DNA from: a virus
Lineage: Duplodnaviria; Caudoviricetes
IMG/VR virus record: IMGVR_UViG_3300037963_003349
Location: 1-50,035 of that record
DNA: 50,035 nucleotides
Strand: one strand, 5' to 3'
Part shown: piece after piece, positions 1-8,561 of the stretch
Layout: every line of letters starts with the position of its first letter
Numbering within the stretch: position 1 is the stretch's first letter
Notes under the pieces: generated by a model
Told to the model about the DNA's origin: nothing
Database searches by the model: none
What the model saw: the letters and a program-made list of their open reading frames with translations, nothing else
Position numbers and translations under genes: made by a program

Positions 1-98
1 TTTTTATTGGTTTCCCAAATTTCCTTAAAGTCAAAAGAACTATCTTTAAAATCCTGTTTAATCCAGTTTTGATATTCTTCTTCCAGTTGTTCCATATC
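1..98. repeat. Terminal direct overlap, left copy (circular assembly signature)
   Basis: 1-98 is identical to 49937-50034; only the last base (99 vs 50035) differs. The primase-helicase ORF is in frame across the join. Confidence 0.95.
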
Positions 99-1118
99 TA
101 GAATGTTTAAACTGTAATCCTTATGCTTGTAATAAATGCATTTTGGATCACACCATTGAGACATGATATGGTCTTCACAGCCTACAAGACCAAAGCTTTC
201 TTTGTATACGCTATTCGTTACAGTTTCTGCTTCATCTGCTAAACCTGACCATGCTTTTAAACCTAGTTCTGTTACAATCTGAGGCGTTCCATTTCGTTTT
301 AACCAAGAGGCCAAACGAACCATAGTCTCATTACGCTGACCATGAATAGGTCCTGCATCATATGCTTTTTGCATACAAGTAACAATAGAACTAGCATCAT
401 GTTTAAACTTTCCTTTTTCTATTGAAACAGGAGCAGATACAGCTCTAGGTTTTTTTATCAAATGAGAAAGGATAGGTTCTATGGTAACATCTTCATCAAA
501 CCAAAGCCCATGAGAAGAAGTAACCGTAGTTTTACTTGCAATTTCCTGTATTTCAGGCATTCCAAGTTGAAACAAATCATTCCTTTCTATTTTTGTTTTA
601 AACAGTCCAGATTTATTGTTTACGGTATTTCCTGCTCTGATGAGTCTTGCTCCATCAAAGATATTATCTGCTTGAGGAAATAAGTCTATCATTGTAGACT
701 TTACAATTCCTGGTAAATAGACATCTGAAGTAAATCCAAAGCAATTGGCTAAATGAATATGAAATCCTGTGCCACTATACCATACTGTATAATAATCATC
801 AGGTATTCTGTGGTTATTTATCAGTTCATCATTGACAAAGTATCTCATTAAATCCAATAGCTGTTGGTCGTCAAGGTTTGCTTTGTCAAAATCAAGAATA
901 ATTTGATTCATGTCATAAGCGCCTTTATAGTTTTGTATAGTTTTAGTCTTGTCTAAATGATGTTTTAGATTGACATCAAAACAGTACCAACTATAATAGA
1001 TTTCTCTATCACTACCAGCTTTCTCGATAAAGTCATGCAACTCAGAAAGCTGCATGACATTACCTCTATTGCTTACGGAACCAGATGCTACTTCTACAAA
1101 CTTAGATTTAACTTCCAA
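1..1118 (-). CDS. Primase-helicase fusion, N-terminal part (AEP primase domain + 4-Cys PriL-like domain); continues across the origin into 49270-49936, about 594 aa in total
   Basis: Not in the ORF track. Hand translation from TTG at 1118 (GGAG upstream) is open to position 1. AEP motifs: IILDFD, YSGTGFHIH, DNIFDGARLIR. These are followed by TCMQ...GQRNETMVRLASWLKRNG...GCE..WCDPKC. In frame with the ATG at 95/50031. Confidence 0.85.
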   Translation of the reverse strand, partial: MEVKSKFVEVASGSVSNRGNVMQLSELHDFIEKAGSDREIYYSWYCFDVNLKHHLDKTKTIQNYKGAYDMNQIILDFDKANLDDQQLLDLMRYFVNDELINNHRIPDDYYTVWYSGTGFHIHLANCFGFTSDVYLPGIVKSTMIDLFPQADNIFDGARLIRAGNTVNNKSGLFKTKIERNDLFQLGMPEIQEIASKTTVTSSHGLWFDEDVTIEPILSHLIKKPRAVSAPVSIEKGKFKHDASSIVTCMQKAYDAGPIHGQRNETMVRLASWLKRNGTPQIVTELGLKAWSGLADEAETVTNSVYKESFGLVGCEDHIMSQWCDPKCIYYKHKDYSLNILDMEQLEEEYQNWIKQDFKDSSFDFKEIWETNK

Positions 1119-1384
1119 TTAAGTTCTCCGTATTTTTCTCCTAAAGGTTCTAGTTGTATTCCATGGTTGCGTAACGTAGCAAAGTTTTCATTGCGTAGTT
1201 TTCTCCATGCTCTTTCAACAGTAGATGGCAATACACCGCCACCTTTCATTGTTCGTATGTAGGAAGTGCAATTTTCCTGTATCATGTGACTTGCTATTAC
1301 ACTACCATCTGCTTGGCAAGTAAGCCAATCAATGATAAGAGTAGGTATTGTCATTTTATTTTGTTTTTTCCACGGTACTTGCAT
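1094..1384 (-). CDS. Hypothetical protein (possible winged-helix)
   Basis: 96-aa ORF tightly packed between the SSB-like and primase genes. Confidence 0.65.
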   Translation of the reverse strand: MQVPWKKQNKMTIPTLIIDWLTCQADGSVIASHMIQENCTSYIRTMKGGGVLPSTVERAWRKLRNENFATLRNHGIQLEPLGEKYGELNWKLNLSL

Positions 1385-1386
1385 AA

Positions 1387-1962
1387 TTAATCCCAGGGGT
1401 TGCTATCGTCTTTTGCTTGAAACATTTTTTCTAGACGATCGTTTAGGTTTTTGTATTTATAGTCAGTAGGAACATATTCTGCTTTTTGGTTATTCCATCT
1501 TTCTAGCAAATGATTTTTGCCTTCTTCAGTAGAAGAAAAGAATCTCCATATTTCCCTAGATCGATCTCCATTGGATTCGTATTCAAGTATATACAATGTA
1601 CGATCCAAGATATCTGCTTTTGCTACATCACTCAGTGTAGATCCGTCAGGTACTAAAGCCATCATAGGATCCATTCCTAGTTTTTCTAAGAAATGTTGTA
1701 CACGCCAACTACCATAATCTGTTCCGTTTTTACGTGTGCCATAATCTTCAGGTGTACCATCTTCTCTTTTTTTATGATTTCCTTGTAACCATATTTTCTT
1801 TATGTATTTCGCTCCTTCTGTTTCGCCTTTTACAAGAAGAGAAATATCGTTTTTATATTGACTTTCCGAATCCTCAATTGATGTGATTCTAAAAGCATTT
1901 ACATACACTCCCTTAGGGAATTTTGAATCGGTTTTAGGCTTTTGCGGTTGTCCGAACGCCAT
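1387..1962 (-). CDS. Putative single-stranded DNA-binding protein
   Basis: Follows Erf and ends in an acidic/aromatic tail (DDSNPWD). AAGGAG RBS favours ATG 1962 over 1980. Confidence 0.55.
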   Translation of the reverse strand: MAFGQPQKPKTDSKFPKGVYVNAFRITSIEDSESQYKNDISLLVKGETEGAKYIKKIWLQGNHKKREDGTPEDYGTRKNGTDYGSWRVQHFLEKLGMDPMMALVPDGSTLSDVAKADILDRTLYILEYESNGDRSREIWRFFSSTEEGKNHLLERWNNQKAEYVPTDYKYKNLNDRLEKMFQAKDDSNPWD

Positions 1963-2740
1963 TGGTTGACTCCTTATCATTTATTTTAGTGGTTACTTGT
2001 TCACAGTGAAGATTTGTCCAACCTTTAGAATCCAAATGTTTGATCCAATCTTCCTTTTTTAACTCCGTTAGCTTTTTTCGTAATTCATCTTGTACTTTCT
2101 TAGGTGCTTTCATGTTTTGCTGTCTACCTATTTCCACATCAGCTATCAAAAGTTCTGCTTCTGTTTCTGTTATGACATAACCGTCATCTTTTACTGTATT
2201 AATACGCTTTTTATCATTAGCCATAGTTTTTACATCTCTGGATAATCTGTCTAGCTTGATAGATTGATCCTGAGTTACCATGCCTTCTTTTACAGGGAAT
2301 CCATTATGATGCAATTCTTCTCTGTTATCCATCGTATCTGCATCTTTATTATCGTCAATAGCAAACAAACCATTGGCAGCATACTTTCTTGCATAAGAAG
2401 AAGTGGCTCCTGTTACTTGAGATACATCCATACCTTTTTTATTTAAAGCGTGTTCTGCCCATGCAGTAACGGATTTTTCTTCATTACCATCTGTTATAGT
2501 AATGGTTGTTTTTACAAATGTCCTTGATGGTTGTGAATGCTCAAATGATACAATATCATCAGAAAATGTCACTACACATCCTGTTTCCAATAAAAGTGGC
2601 TTTATCTTTTCTAATATATCTTCAAGGCTTCTGTAATTAAAATTGCCAAATTGATTTATTTGTCCTTTGGGTGCTTTTAATCGTTGTTGTATATGCATCA
2701 GCTTTTCAAGTAATGTGCCTTGCATTATTTCATCTGTCAT
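1934..2740 (-). CDS. erf: ERF-family ssDNA-annealing recombinase
   Basis: ERF signatures NYRSLEDILEKIKPLL and QVTGATSSYARKYAANGLFAID. Confidence 0.9.
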   Translation of the reverse strand: MTDEIMQGTLLEKLMHIQQRLKAPKGQINQFGNFNYRSLEDILEKIKPLLLETGCVVTFSDDIVSFEHSQPSRTFVKTTITITDGNEEKSVTAWAEHALNKKGMDVSQVTGATSSYARKYAANGLFAIDDNKDADTMDNREELHHNGFPVKEGMVTQDQSIKLDRLSRDVKTMANDKKRINTVKDDGYVITETEAELLIADVEIGRQQNMKAPKKVQDELRKKLTELKKEDWIKHLDSKGWTNLHCEQVTTKINDKESTNGVRTTAKA

Positions 2741-2956
2741 TTATTCTCCTTTTTTATTAAAATATTCTTTAAGTGCTTTCCAAACTACTGTTTCAGTTGC
2801 CATTACTTTTCTTGCAAACAAAGATTCTGTTTCTTCATCTTTTTGAAACCATTGGCTTTTCCATATATAGTATGATTCTTCAAATAACTGCCCTACAATA
2901 GAAGCAATGTATTTTTCACTTATTGCAATATCTTTTTCATATACTTTTACTTTCAT
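2741..2956 (-). CDS. Hypothetical protein
   Basis: 71-aa ORF with AAAGGA RBS, abutting erf. Confidence 0.7.
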   Translation of the reverse strand: MKVKVYEKDIAISEKYIASIVGQLFEESYYIWKSQWFQKDEETESLFARKVMATETVVWKALKEYFNKKGE

Positions 2957-3030
2957 TTATTTTCCTTTCATCTCAGGAGGGGAGGTCAGACTGGCCTACG
3001 TCCTATTGTCCCCGCCCTACGATGTTGCAA

Positions 3031-3795
3031 TTATGCTTTACCTATCTCTACAAATGCGTCAACCCATTGACGATTCATATTTAGGTCTGTTTTGTTATGC
3101 CAATAATGTTCTGTACCTGCATTTAATAATTCCCACATAGAATCCTTAACGGGATTACGCTTGAGATATAGATCCATTATTTTTCCAAAGTTATTGGCAG
3201 TCATCCTGGGTAATCTGTTTCGTACATTTGCCAAATTTTCTTTATTGACTTCTAACCTTGATACAGGAAGTATAGCATCGCAGAATTCATTAAATCTGGA
3301 TACTCCAGTTCCTTTGGGGCCACTGTATTTGTCCATTTGATTTTCCATCTTTTCTAGATTTTCATCTAGATTGGCATCGTGTGTAAACTTAAAGAATGGA
3401 AACCATCTGTTTGATGTCATACCATTTGTACATATTTCTACCAAAGCCATTGCTTGCATTCTAAATGAAATGCTTTTGTCATAGCTATTGGAAAACATTG
3501 CACCTTTATTAATGGTACCTACTTCTGTGTCATTTTTATATACATCAGACATATAGACAATATTGAATTGTCTTCCTGTGAAATGCTCTTTTACTAACTT
3601 ATATCCATTGCGTTCAGCAAAACGATCACCAATTTCTTTGACACGTTCATTGGGCAGTAAATTGTACTGCTTAGAAAACGATACACCTTTAATTGGTTCC
3701 CATTTGCCATCCACTTGTAGTTCTGGTCTTGCAAGACCTGTTTCTAGTTCACCTGCTTTGATTTCTTCAACTCTAACAGGTAAGTAAGGATCCAT
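3031..3795 (-). CDS. DUF932-family protein
   Basis: Motif SNSYDKSISF...EICTNGM matches the NSxDG...VCxNG pattern of DUF932; AGGAG RBS. Confidence 0.75.
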   Translation of the reverse strand: MDPYLPVRVEEIKAGELETGLARPELQVDGKWEPIKGVSFSKQYNLLPNERVKEIGDRFAERNGYKLVKEHFTGRQFNIVYMSDVYKNDTEVGTINKGAMFSNSYDKSISFRMQAMALVEICTNGMTSNRWFPFFKFTHDANLDENLEKMENQMDKYSGPKGTGVSRFNEFCDAILPVSRLEVNKENLANVRNRLPRMTANNFGKIMDLYLKRNPVKDSMWELLNAGTEHYWHNKTDLNMNRQWVDAFVEIGKA

Positions 3796-3924
3796 TTTTC
3801 TCCTTTTGTTTATTCAAATTCAAAATAGTATGGAAATACCATTTGATTACATTCTTGGTCAATGCACATATAGATTGGCCATGATCTGTCTCCATCGTTT
3901 TCAATGTATTTGTTGTATACCAAA

Positions 3925-4128
3925 TCACTTTGACAATGAGGACAGCTTACTTTTTTCTTTTCCTTCCTCGAGCAGTCTGGCGAGGTGTTGGGTTTTTTTA
4001 ACTGAGGTTCTAATAACATCTCTATTTATCTTTGATTCAAAACTGGGATGACGCTCAACAATGTCTTCTACTACATCATCTATATTGTTAAACATCATTA
4101 CCCAAGCTTCGAATAGTTCGTTAATTAA
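3925..4128 (-). CDS. Hypothetical protein (start uncertain; ORF extends to 4203)
   Basis: Part of a packed chain of - strand ORFs; MKENQ start overlaps the upstream stop. Confidence 0.5.
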   Translation of the reverse strand, partial: LINELFEAWVMMFNNIDDVVEDIVERHPSFESKINRDVIRTSVKKTQHLARLLEEGKEKSKLSSLSK

Positions 4129-4336
4129 CAAAAACTGGTTTTCTTTCATCAATGGCTCTTTCAATGATTTTTTCCGCACATTGTTTGAGTTCTTCTTCGT
4201 CATACCAATCTGATATATCCAAGTCTCTGTTGCATGGTTTGCATAGAAGAGTAACTTCTACAGAGTCTGTTGTTTGTTTGTGTTCGTGTCTTTCTAGCGT
4301 TGAATTGCAATACGGACACTTGTTGTATTGTTGCAT
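4121..4336 (-). CDS. Small zinc-ribbon protein
   Basis: CPYC...CKPC; likely start MQQYNK at 4336, just downstream of a structured element. Confidence 0.6.
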   Translation of the reverse strand: MQQYNKCPYCNSTLERHEHKQTTDSVEVTLLCKPCNRDLDISDWYDEEELKQCAEKIIERAIDERKPVFVN

Positions 4337-4497
4337 AAATTTTTGAGAGAAGGGCAGGAGGTAACAATGCAAAGGAGATGCGAATACCTGCATTGTGGAG
4401 CATAACTCCTGCCCATTGTAGAATGTTAAACTTTGCCCCGATACAGCAAGATTTAAGGCATTGAGGACGCATCGGGGCTTGTCGGATTACCAGAGAA

Positions 4498-4860
4498 TTA
4501 ATTAGACCAAACAAGACGATTCATCACATATACATACAATTTCATATTCAGCCAGTCTTGTTTTGTTAAACTACCTTTCTTCTTAAAATAATCCGATTTG
4601 AATCCTTTGACATATTCAAGGTCTTTAGAAAGTGCTACCAATTGTAGTTTGCTCATCATTCGTATTTCTACAATTTTATCAGCATATTCTTCGCCATAAG
4701 TCTTTTCTCGTGATTGGTATACATCTACATGTTCTACGGTATCTATGGCATTTGTAAAGAGGATTCCTAATACTTTAATAGTATGAGGCTTTAGTGTTCT
4801 AAGCGTATTAAGTTTTTCAATGGTGTGTCTACTTAATTGCTCTCTTATTGGTGTATTCAT
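4498..4860 (-). CDS. Hypothetical protein, first gene divergent from the repressor
   Basis: 120-aa ORF with AGGAG RBS. Confidence 0.75.
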   Translation of the reverse strand: MNTPIREQLSRHTIEKLNTLRTLKPHTIKVLGILFTNAIDTVEHVDVYQSREKTYGEEYADKIVEIRMMSKLQLVALSKDLEYVKGFKSDYFKKKGSLTKQDWLNMKLYVYVMNRLVWSN

Positions 4861-4884
4861 ATATATTCTCCTATATGAGTTTAG

Positions 4885-5035
4885 GGTTAATTACACATAT
4901 TTGGCAAGTATAACTACACATTAACTACACATTTATTTGCTATGTGTGTATAATATGAGTAATTTTGAATTGATTTAAGGCTTATGTGCCCAAGATTTGT
5001 ATTTTAAATAAAAATGAATTAAAATTAAGGCATGT
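4885..5035. promoter_or_regulatory. Divergent promoter/operator region (candidate genetic switch)
   Basis: AT-rich gap with tandem TAACTACACAT x2 (4911-4932), TTACACAT (4891), inverted ATGTGTGTA (4942) and TATAAT at 4949-4954. Confidence 0.55.
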
Positions 5036-5041
5036 TTAATT

Positions 5042-5854
5042 ATGAATAAACAAACAATCTTATCCTGGTTAAAAGCCACGGATGTTCCTCTAACTGTTAT
5101 TTCACAAAAAACAGGTATTAGTCGTAAAACGCTTTACAATTGGATAAACGGATCGGATATACGGCAATCAAATATTGATAAAATCATCAATGTTTATAAT
5201 GCAGATATAGAAATAATTAACCAAAAATTAGAATTAAAAGGAGATAGCAAAATGAATCAAAGTACTGTTCAGTTAGAGGCTAGTAAAGAATTTGAACAAA
5301 AAAACAGACTGATAAACTATCAGGAAAAAGAAATTGAAGAATTAAGAAAGAAACTTCAACAAGTTGAATCGGAAAATAGTTTAATTAAATTGGACAATAT
5401 TTACGAAGATTGTATACCTGATTTTCAAACAGAAGTGCATATGAGAAATGTATTTAGCTTAAAATCTATTGAAAGAAATATTAAATCGGTTGATCATGTA
5501 AAACCTTTAGCAAAAGCTCTTAATTTAAAAAGAAAAACATTGTATCAAGATTATTTTGCTATTGGAAGATGGTTTATTAGCAATGAACATCCTGTAGATA
5601 CCATAATTGATAAACATAGTTTATCTGTATTAAAGTCTGCAACGGAAGGTATACCTAAACAAGCTCAATTATATCAATTTACTATGGGTGCTTTCTATTT
5701 AAAATTTGAAGTGTTGTATATAGCAAATAATCGTTTTTGTATGACTCAATCATTTTGCAAAATAAATTGGTCTACAACACCAGTAGTTAATGCTAAAAAT
5801 GTCATACTTCATTCTTGTAACATTGAAAATTTAGATAAAGAAATAAATAACTAA
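5042..5854 (+). CDS. HTH (Xre/Cro-CI-like) transcriptional regulator, probable repressor
   Basis: N-terminal HTH LTVISQKTGISRKTLYNWING followed by a coiled coil. The only + strand gene within the early region. Confidence 0.75.
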   Translation: MNKQTILSWLKATDVPLTVISQKTGISRKTLYNWINGSDIRQSNIDKIINVYNADIEIINQKLELKGDSKMNQSTVQLEASKEFEQKNRLINYQEKEIEELRKKLQQVESENSLIKLDNIYEDCIPDFQTEVHMRNVFSLKSIERNIKSVDHVKPLAKALNLKRKTLYQDYFAIGRWFISNEHPVDTIIDKHSLSVLKSATEGIPKQAQLYQFTMGAFYLKFEVLYIANNRFCMTQSFCKINWSTTPVVNAKNVILHSCNIENLDKEINN

Positions 5855-5946
5855 AAGATTAGCTGACTCTGAAACTCCATTGGGAGGATTTTTACTCAGA
5901 GCCAGCTATGATCCACTTCGCGTCCTCACGCTTACATATCTAGGCC

Positions 5947-7509
5947 TTAAGTGTCGGTACCCCTAGATAGAGGAATATTTCTCCATTCATTATTTTTCTT
6001 TTGAAAGATATCCATAAATGGGAATTTGGTAGTATGAACCGATACAGAATCAATCAAGTCCTTTTTCTTTTTAATTGCTGTTTTAAAGGATTCGTTTAAT
6101 ACCTTTAAAGTAAAGCAGCTATTCACAGAGACTCGAAACTCTTCATTGGTTGCATATTCTTCAACAATAGTATCTTGAATACTCACTTCATTTTGATACG
6201 AAAGAAGTACATCCAATTCAGTAAAAGTAGAATCTATTGCATTGTTCTTATACCAGCTACGATTTAGACATCTGAATGTTTCTTCGATGGTCATGTTTGC
6301 AAATTTATCATCTCGCCATACATGCATCCATTTACCAAAGTCAGTCATCCATATAAATGTACTTAATTGTCCGTTTTTACCGTCCATTACCATATCAGGA
6401 TCAATCTTAGAAGAAATGTGCCTTAGAACCAAAGGAGCTACTACTTTATGGAATTTCTTTAACTGTCCATAGTATTTACCTTTTTCTTCTACAACTGCAT
6501 CTTCCGTATCGTCTTTCTTAGGTTTTCTTGCAAAACGAAGATTGGTAATATCTCCACCCCAGGCTGTATACCTTGAAGCAATTGTTTTAGCAGGATTCTT
6601 GTACGATGCAAGTTTTTCAATATCTACACTTTCTAATTGCCAACTGTTTTCTACGGTAGGAAAAGATTCAAGTATATCGTATATATCCTTATATTTAGTA
6701 ACATAGCAATGTTGAAGAAACTCTTCTGTAGTCCATTCAATATCATCAAATAACTCAAGAGATGTTTGAAGAGGCCCTGTATAAGACTTTTTATATTCAG
6801 TGATTTCTTTTTCACTAAACAAGGAAAAGTCTTCTAAACTAGGAGTTTTTCTTCTTAAGATACTTCTTACTTCCGTTATAGCATTCCAATCGGATTCATC
6901 GTCTTCTCTTAAATCAACAGCAAACTCTTTTCTATCAACATCATTATACTCACAGTATGTATCAATTGCATTATCCTGTAAGGTTAAATCAAAAGTAGAT
7001 ATAGCTAAGAGATTTTCTTTATTGCCTGGTTTCATTTCAGGAAACAGCAAATCAGGATGTAGATTGCCAAGTTGCAACCTTTCTTTTACATATTGAACAG
7101 AATGTCCAAACTTTTCTGCTATTTGCTTTGCTTTCATACCATCTTCTTGCTCTACAAGGTTTGTGTAGAACTTAATCTCTTCATACAGAGTCATTTCTAC
7201 ACGATATGTATTGGTAGAATATTGAAACAATTCTGTGCTGCCATTTGGTGCATCAATTACGTGTACTGGAACTTCTTTCATACCAAGTTCTTTAGCAATG
7301 CTATGCCTTTGATGGCCATCTAGTATTACCAATTTAGTATCATCCTCTAACAAAGGATCTCCTATGTTATAAGCTGTAATAGCTTGCAGTATTGCACCAG
7401 TTCCTTTGATGTTTTCTTTTAAGCGTTTATAGGACGCTTCTTTCTTTTTATTTCCTGAACGGATATTTCCGTTACTGATGAGTGTATTGGTTTCTATGTA
7501 CATACTCAT
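5947..7509 (-). CDS. parB: ParB/Srx N-terminal domain + HTH protein
   Basis: ILQAITAY...VILDGHQRHSIAKELGMKEVPVHV, then HTH AKQIAEKFGHSVQYVKERLQL. Confidence 0.85.
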   Translation of the reverse strand: MSMYIETNTLISNGNIRSGNKKKEASYKRLKENIKGTGAILQAITAYNIGDPLLEDDTKLVILDGHQRHSIAKELGMKEVPVHVIDAPNGSTELFQYSTNTYRVEMTLYEEIKFYTNLVEQEDGMKAKQIAEKFGHSVQYVKERLQLGNLHPDLLFPEMKPGNKENLLAISTFDLTLQDNAIDTYCEYNDVDRKEFAVDLREDDESDWNAITEVRSILRRKTPSLEDFSLFSEKEITEYKKSYTGPLQTSLELFDDIEWTTEEFLQHCYVTKYKDIYDILESFPTVENSWQLESVDIEKLASYKNPAKTIASRYTAWGGDITNLRFARKPKKDDTEDAVVEEKGKYYGQLKKFHKVVAPLVLRHISSKIDPDMVMDGKNGQLSTFIWMTDFGKWMHVWRDDKFANMTIEETFRCLNRSWYKNNAIDSTFTELDVLLSYQNEVSIQDTIVEEYATNEEFRVSVNSCFTLKVLNESFKTAIKKKKDLIDSVSVHTTKFPFMDIFQKKNNEWRNIPLSRGTDT

Positions 7510-7664
7510 ATTTTGTTTGATTTAATCTCCTCGATTATTTGGTTTTTAAAAATGTTTAACTTCCAACTCATTAGATAATGATACGCTATAAATGCAATTA
7601 TAGTAATACATACAGTAAATACATCAAATGCATTCTCAGATAGTGATTGTAACCAGTGTTTCAT
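7506..7664 (-). CDS. Small membrane protein
   Basis: Hydrophobic stretch VFTVCITIIAFIAYHYLM; start MKHW after a GGGG RBS. Confidence 0.55.
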   Translation of the reverse strand: MKHWLQSLSENAFDVFTVCITIIAFIAYHYLMSWKLNIFKNQIIEEIKSNKI

Positions 7665-7681
7665 ATTTCCCCCTGTGGTTC

Positions 7682-7882
7682 TTAACACTCAGGATCATCC
7701 TGAATGCCTTTTTTTGTTTTAAGTTTTATTATGGCACTTGCTAAGTAAACCATACCATCTAACAATTCTTCCAATGCTTCTACACACCAATCTCTACCAT
7801 CCCAAGGATCCAATTGATCTGCATATTCACGCTTACCTTTTTCCAGGCGTTCTTCTATCAACTTTACAATGTCTTTATTCAT
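7682..7882 (-). CDS. Small helical phage protein resembling all-alpha NTP-pyrophosphatases
   Basis: Pattern RLEKGKREY...DWCVEALEELLDGMVYL (ExxEExxD). Confidence 0.6.
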   Translation of the reverse strand: MNKDIVKLIEERLEKGKREYADQLDPWDGRDWCVEALEELLDGMVYLASAIIKLKTKKGIQDDPEC

Positions 7883-8109
7883 AACAATCCTATTTTTTTA
7901 AGCTTTTCAAGTTCTTCATTGGATCTACTGCAGAAATATCTAACCTCATACCATTTATTAGTTACTTCTTCTATCATACTATTTGATGCATTAAAAACTT
8001 CTTTGCATCCAGACATTTCTGTAGCTATTAATTCATCAAGTATTGGACACATTACTTCTAACATTTCTTTACATTCTTTATTCATCTTTCCTAAATCAAT
8101 TTTTTTCAT
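7879..8109 (-). CDS. Hypothetical protein
   Basis: 76-aa ORF, GGAGG RBS, ATGA-type coupling. Confidence 0.7.
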   Translation of the reverse strand: MKKIDLGKMNKECKEMLEVMCPILDELIATEMSGCKEVFNASNSMIEEVTNKWYEVRYFCSRSNEELEKLKKIGLL

Positions 8110-8214
8110 TTATCCTCCTGTAGCGCAATGATAAGAGCAATATTCATCGCCATTATCCTGAAATGGTTCATTACATACAGTGCATCTAGTAAATTTCTTT
8201 TCTTTTTTCTTCAT
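8110..8214 (-). CDS. 34-aa zinc-finger microprotein
   Basis: Hand-read MKKKKKKFTRCTVCNEPFQDNGDEYCSYHCATGG; AAGGA RBS. Confidence 0.55.
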   Translation of the reverse strand: MKKKEKKFTRCTVCNEPFQDNGDEYCSYHCATGG

Positions 8215-8315
8215 TTATCCTTCTTTTATTGAATTGGGCTGTTGCCTTTGTTGATCTTTCAAGCGTGGCCTTCATCAGATCCCTCAGTTAGGTCTGAGGT
8301 ACAGCCCTTATTCAA

Positions 8316-8543
8316 TTATTTACAATACTTGCAACATTCACGCTGCAAGCCAATAGTGGGAAAATCTTTATATTGCAAAATATAATCACGACCTACATAT
8401 TCATATTCCCAGACATTATCGCAATTCTTACAATATCGTAGTTTCTTGCTATGTTTGTCTACCATGACATATGCATTTCTTTTTTTAATTACTTGTGTAC
8501 CTGATCGTTCATTTTTACAGATATTATCAATTACCCACTGCAT
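8316..8543 (-). CDS. CxxC...CxxC zinc-binding protein (similar to 46588-46896)
   Basis: LRYCKNCDNVW...DF...CKYC; AAGGAG RBS. Confidence 0.7.
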   Translation of the reverse strand: MQWVIDNICKNERSGTQVIKKRNAYVMVDKHSKKLRYCKNCDNVWEYEYVGRDYILQYKDFPTIGLQRECCKYCK

Positions 8544-8561
8544 TTTATCTCCTTACAGTTA

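Noticed and set aside
1-98. Biological direct terminal repeats
   Set aside because: The 99-nt length and position inside a gene fit an assembler k-mer overlap, not physical ends.
4200-4514. 104-aa - strand ORF
   Set aside because: Runs through two hairpin elements and overlaps the zinc-ribbon gene; no convincing protein features.
8255-8305. Canonical hammerhead ribozyme
   Set aside because: CUGAUGA-stem-GAAA is present, but stems I and III cannot be joined to the core with an NUH site in any standard topology. Kept only as a variant candidate.
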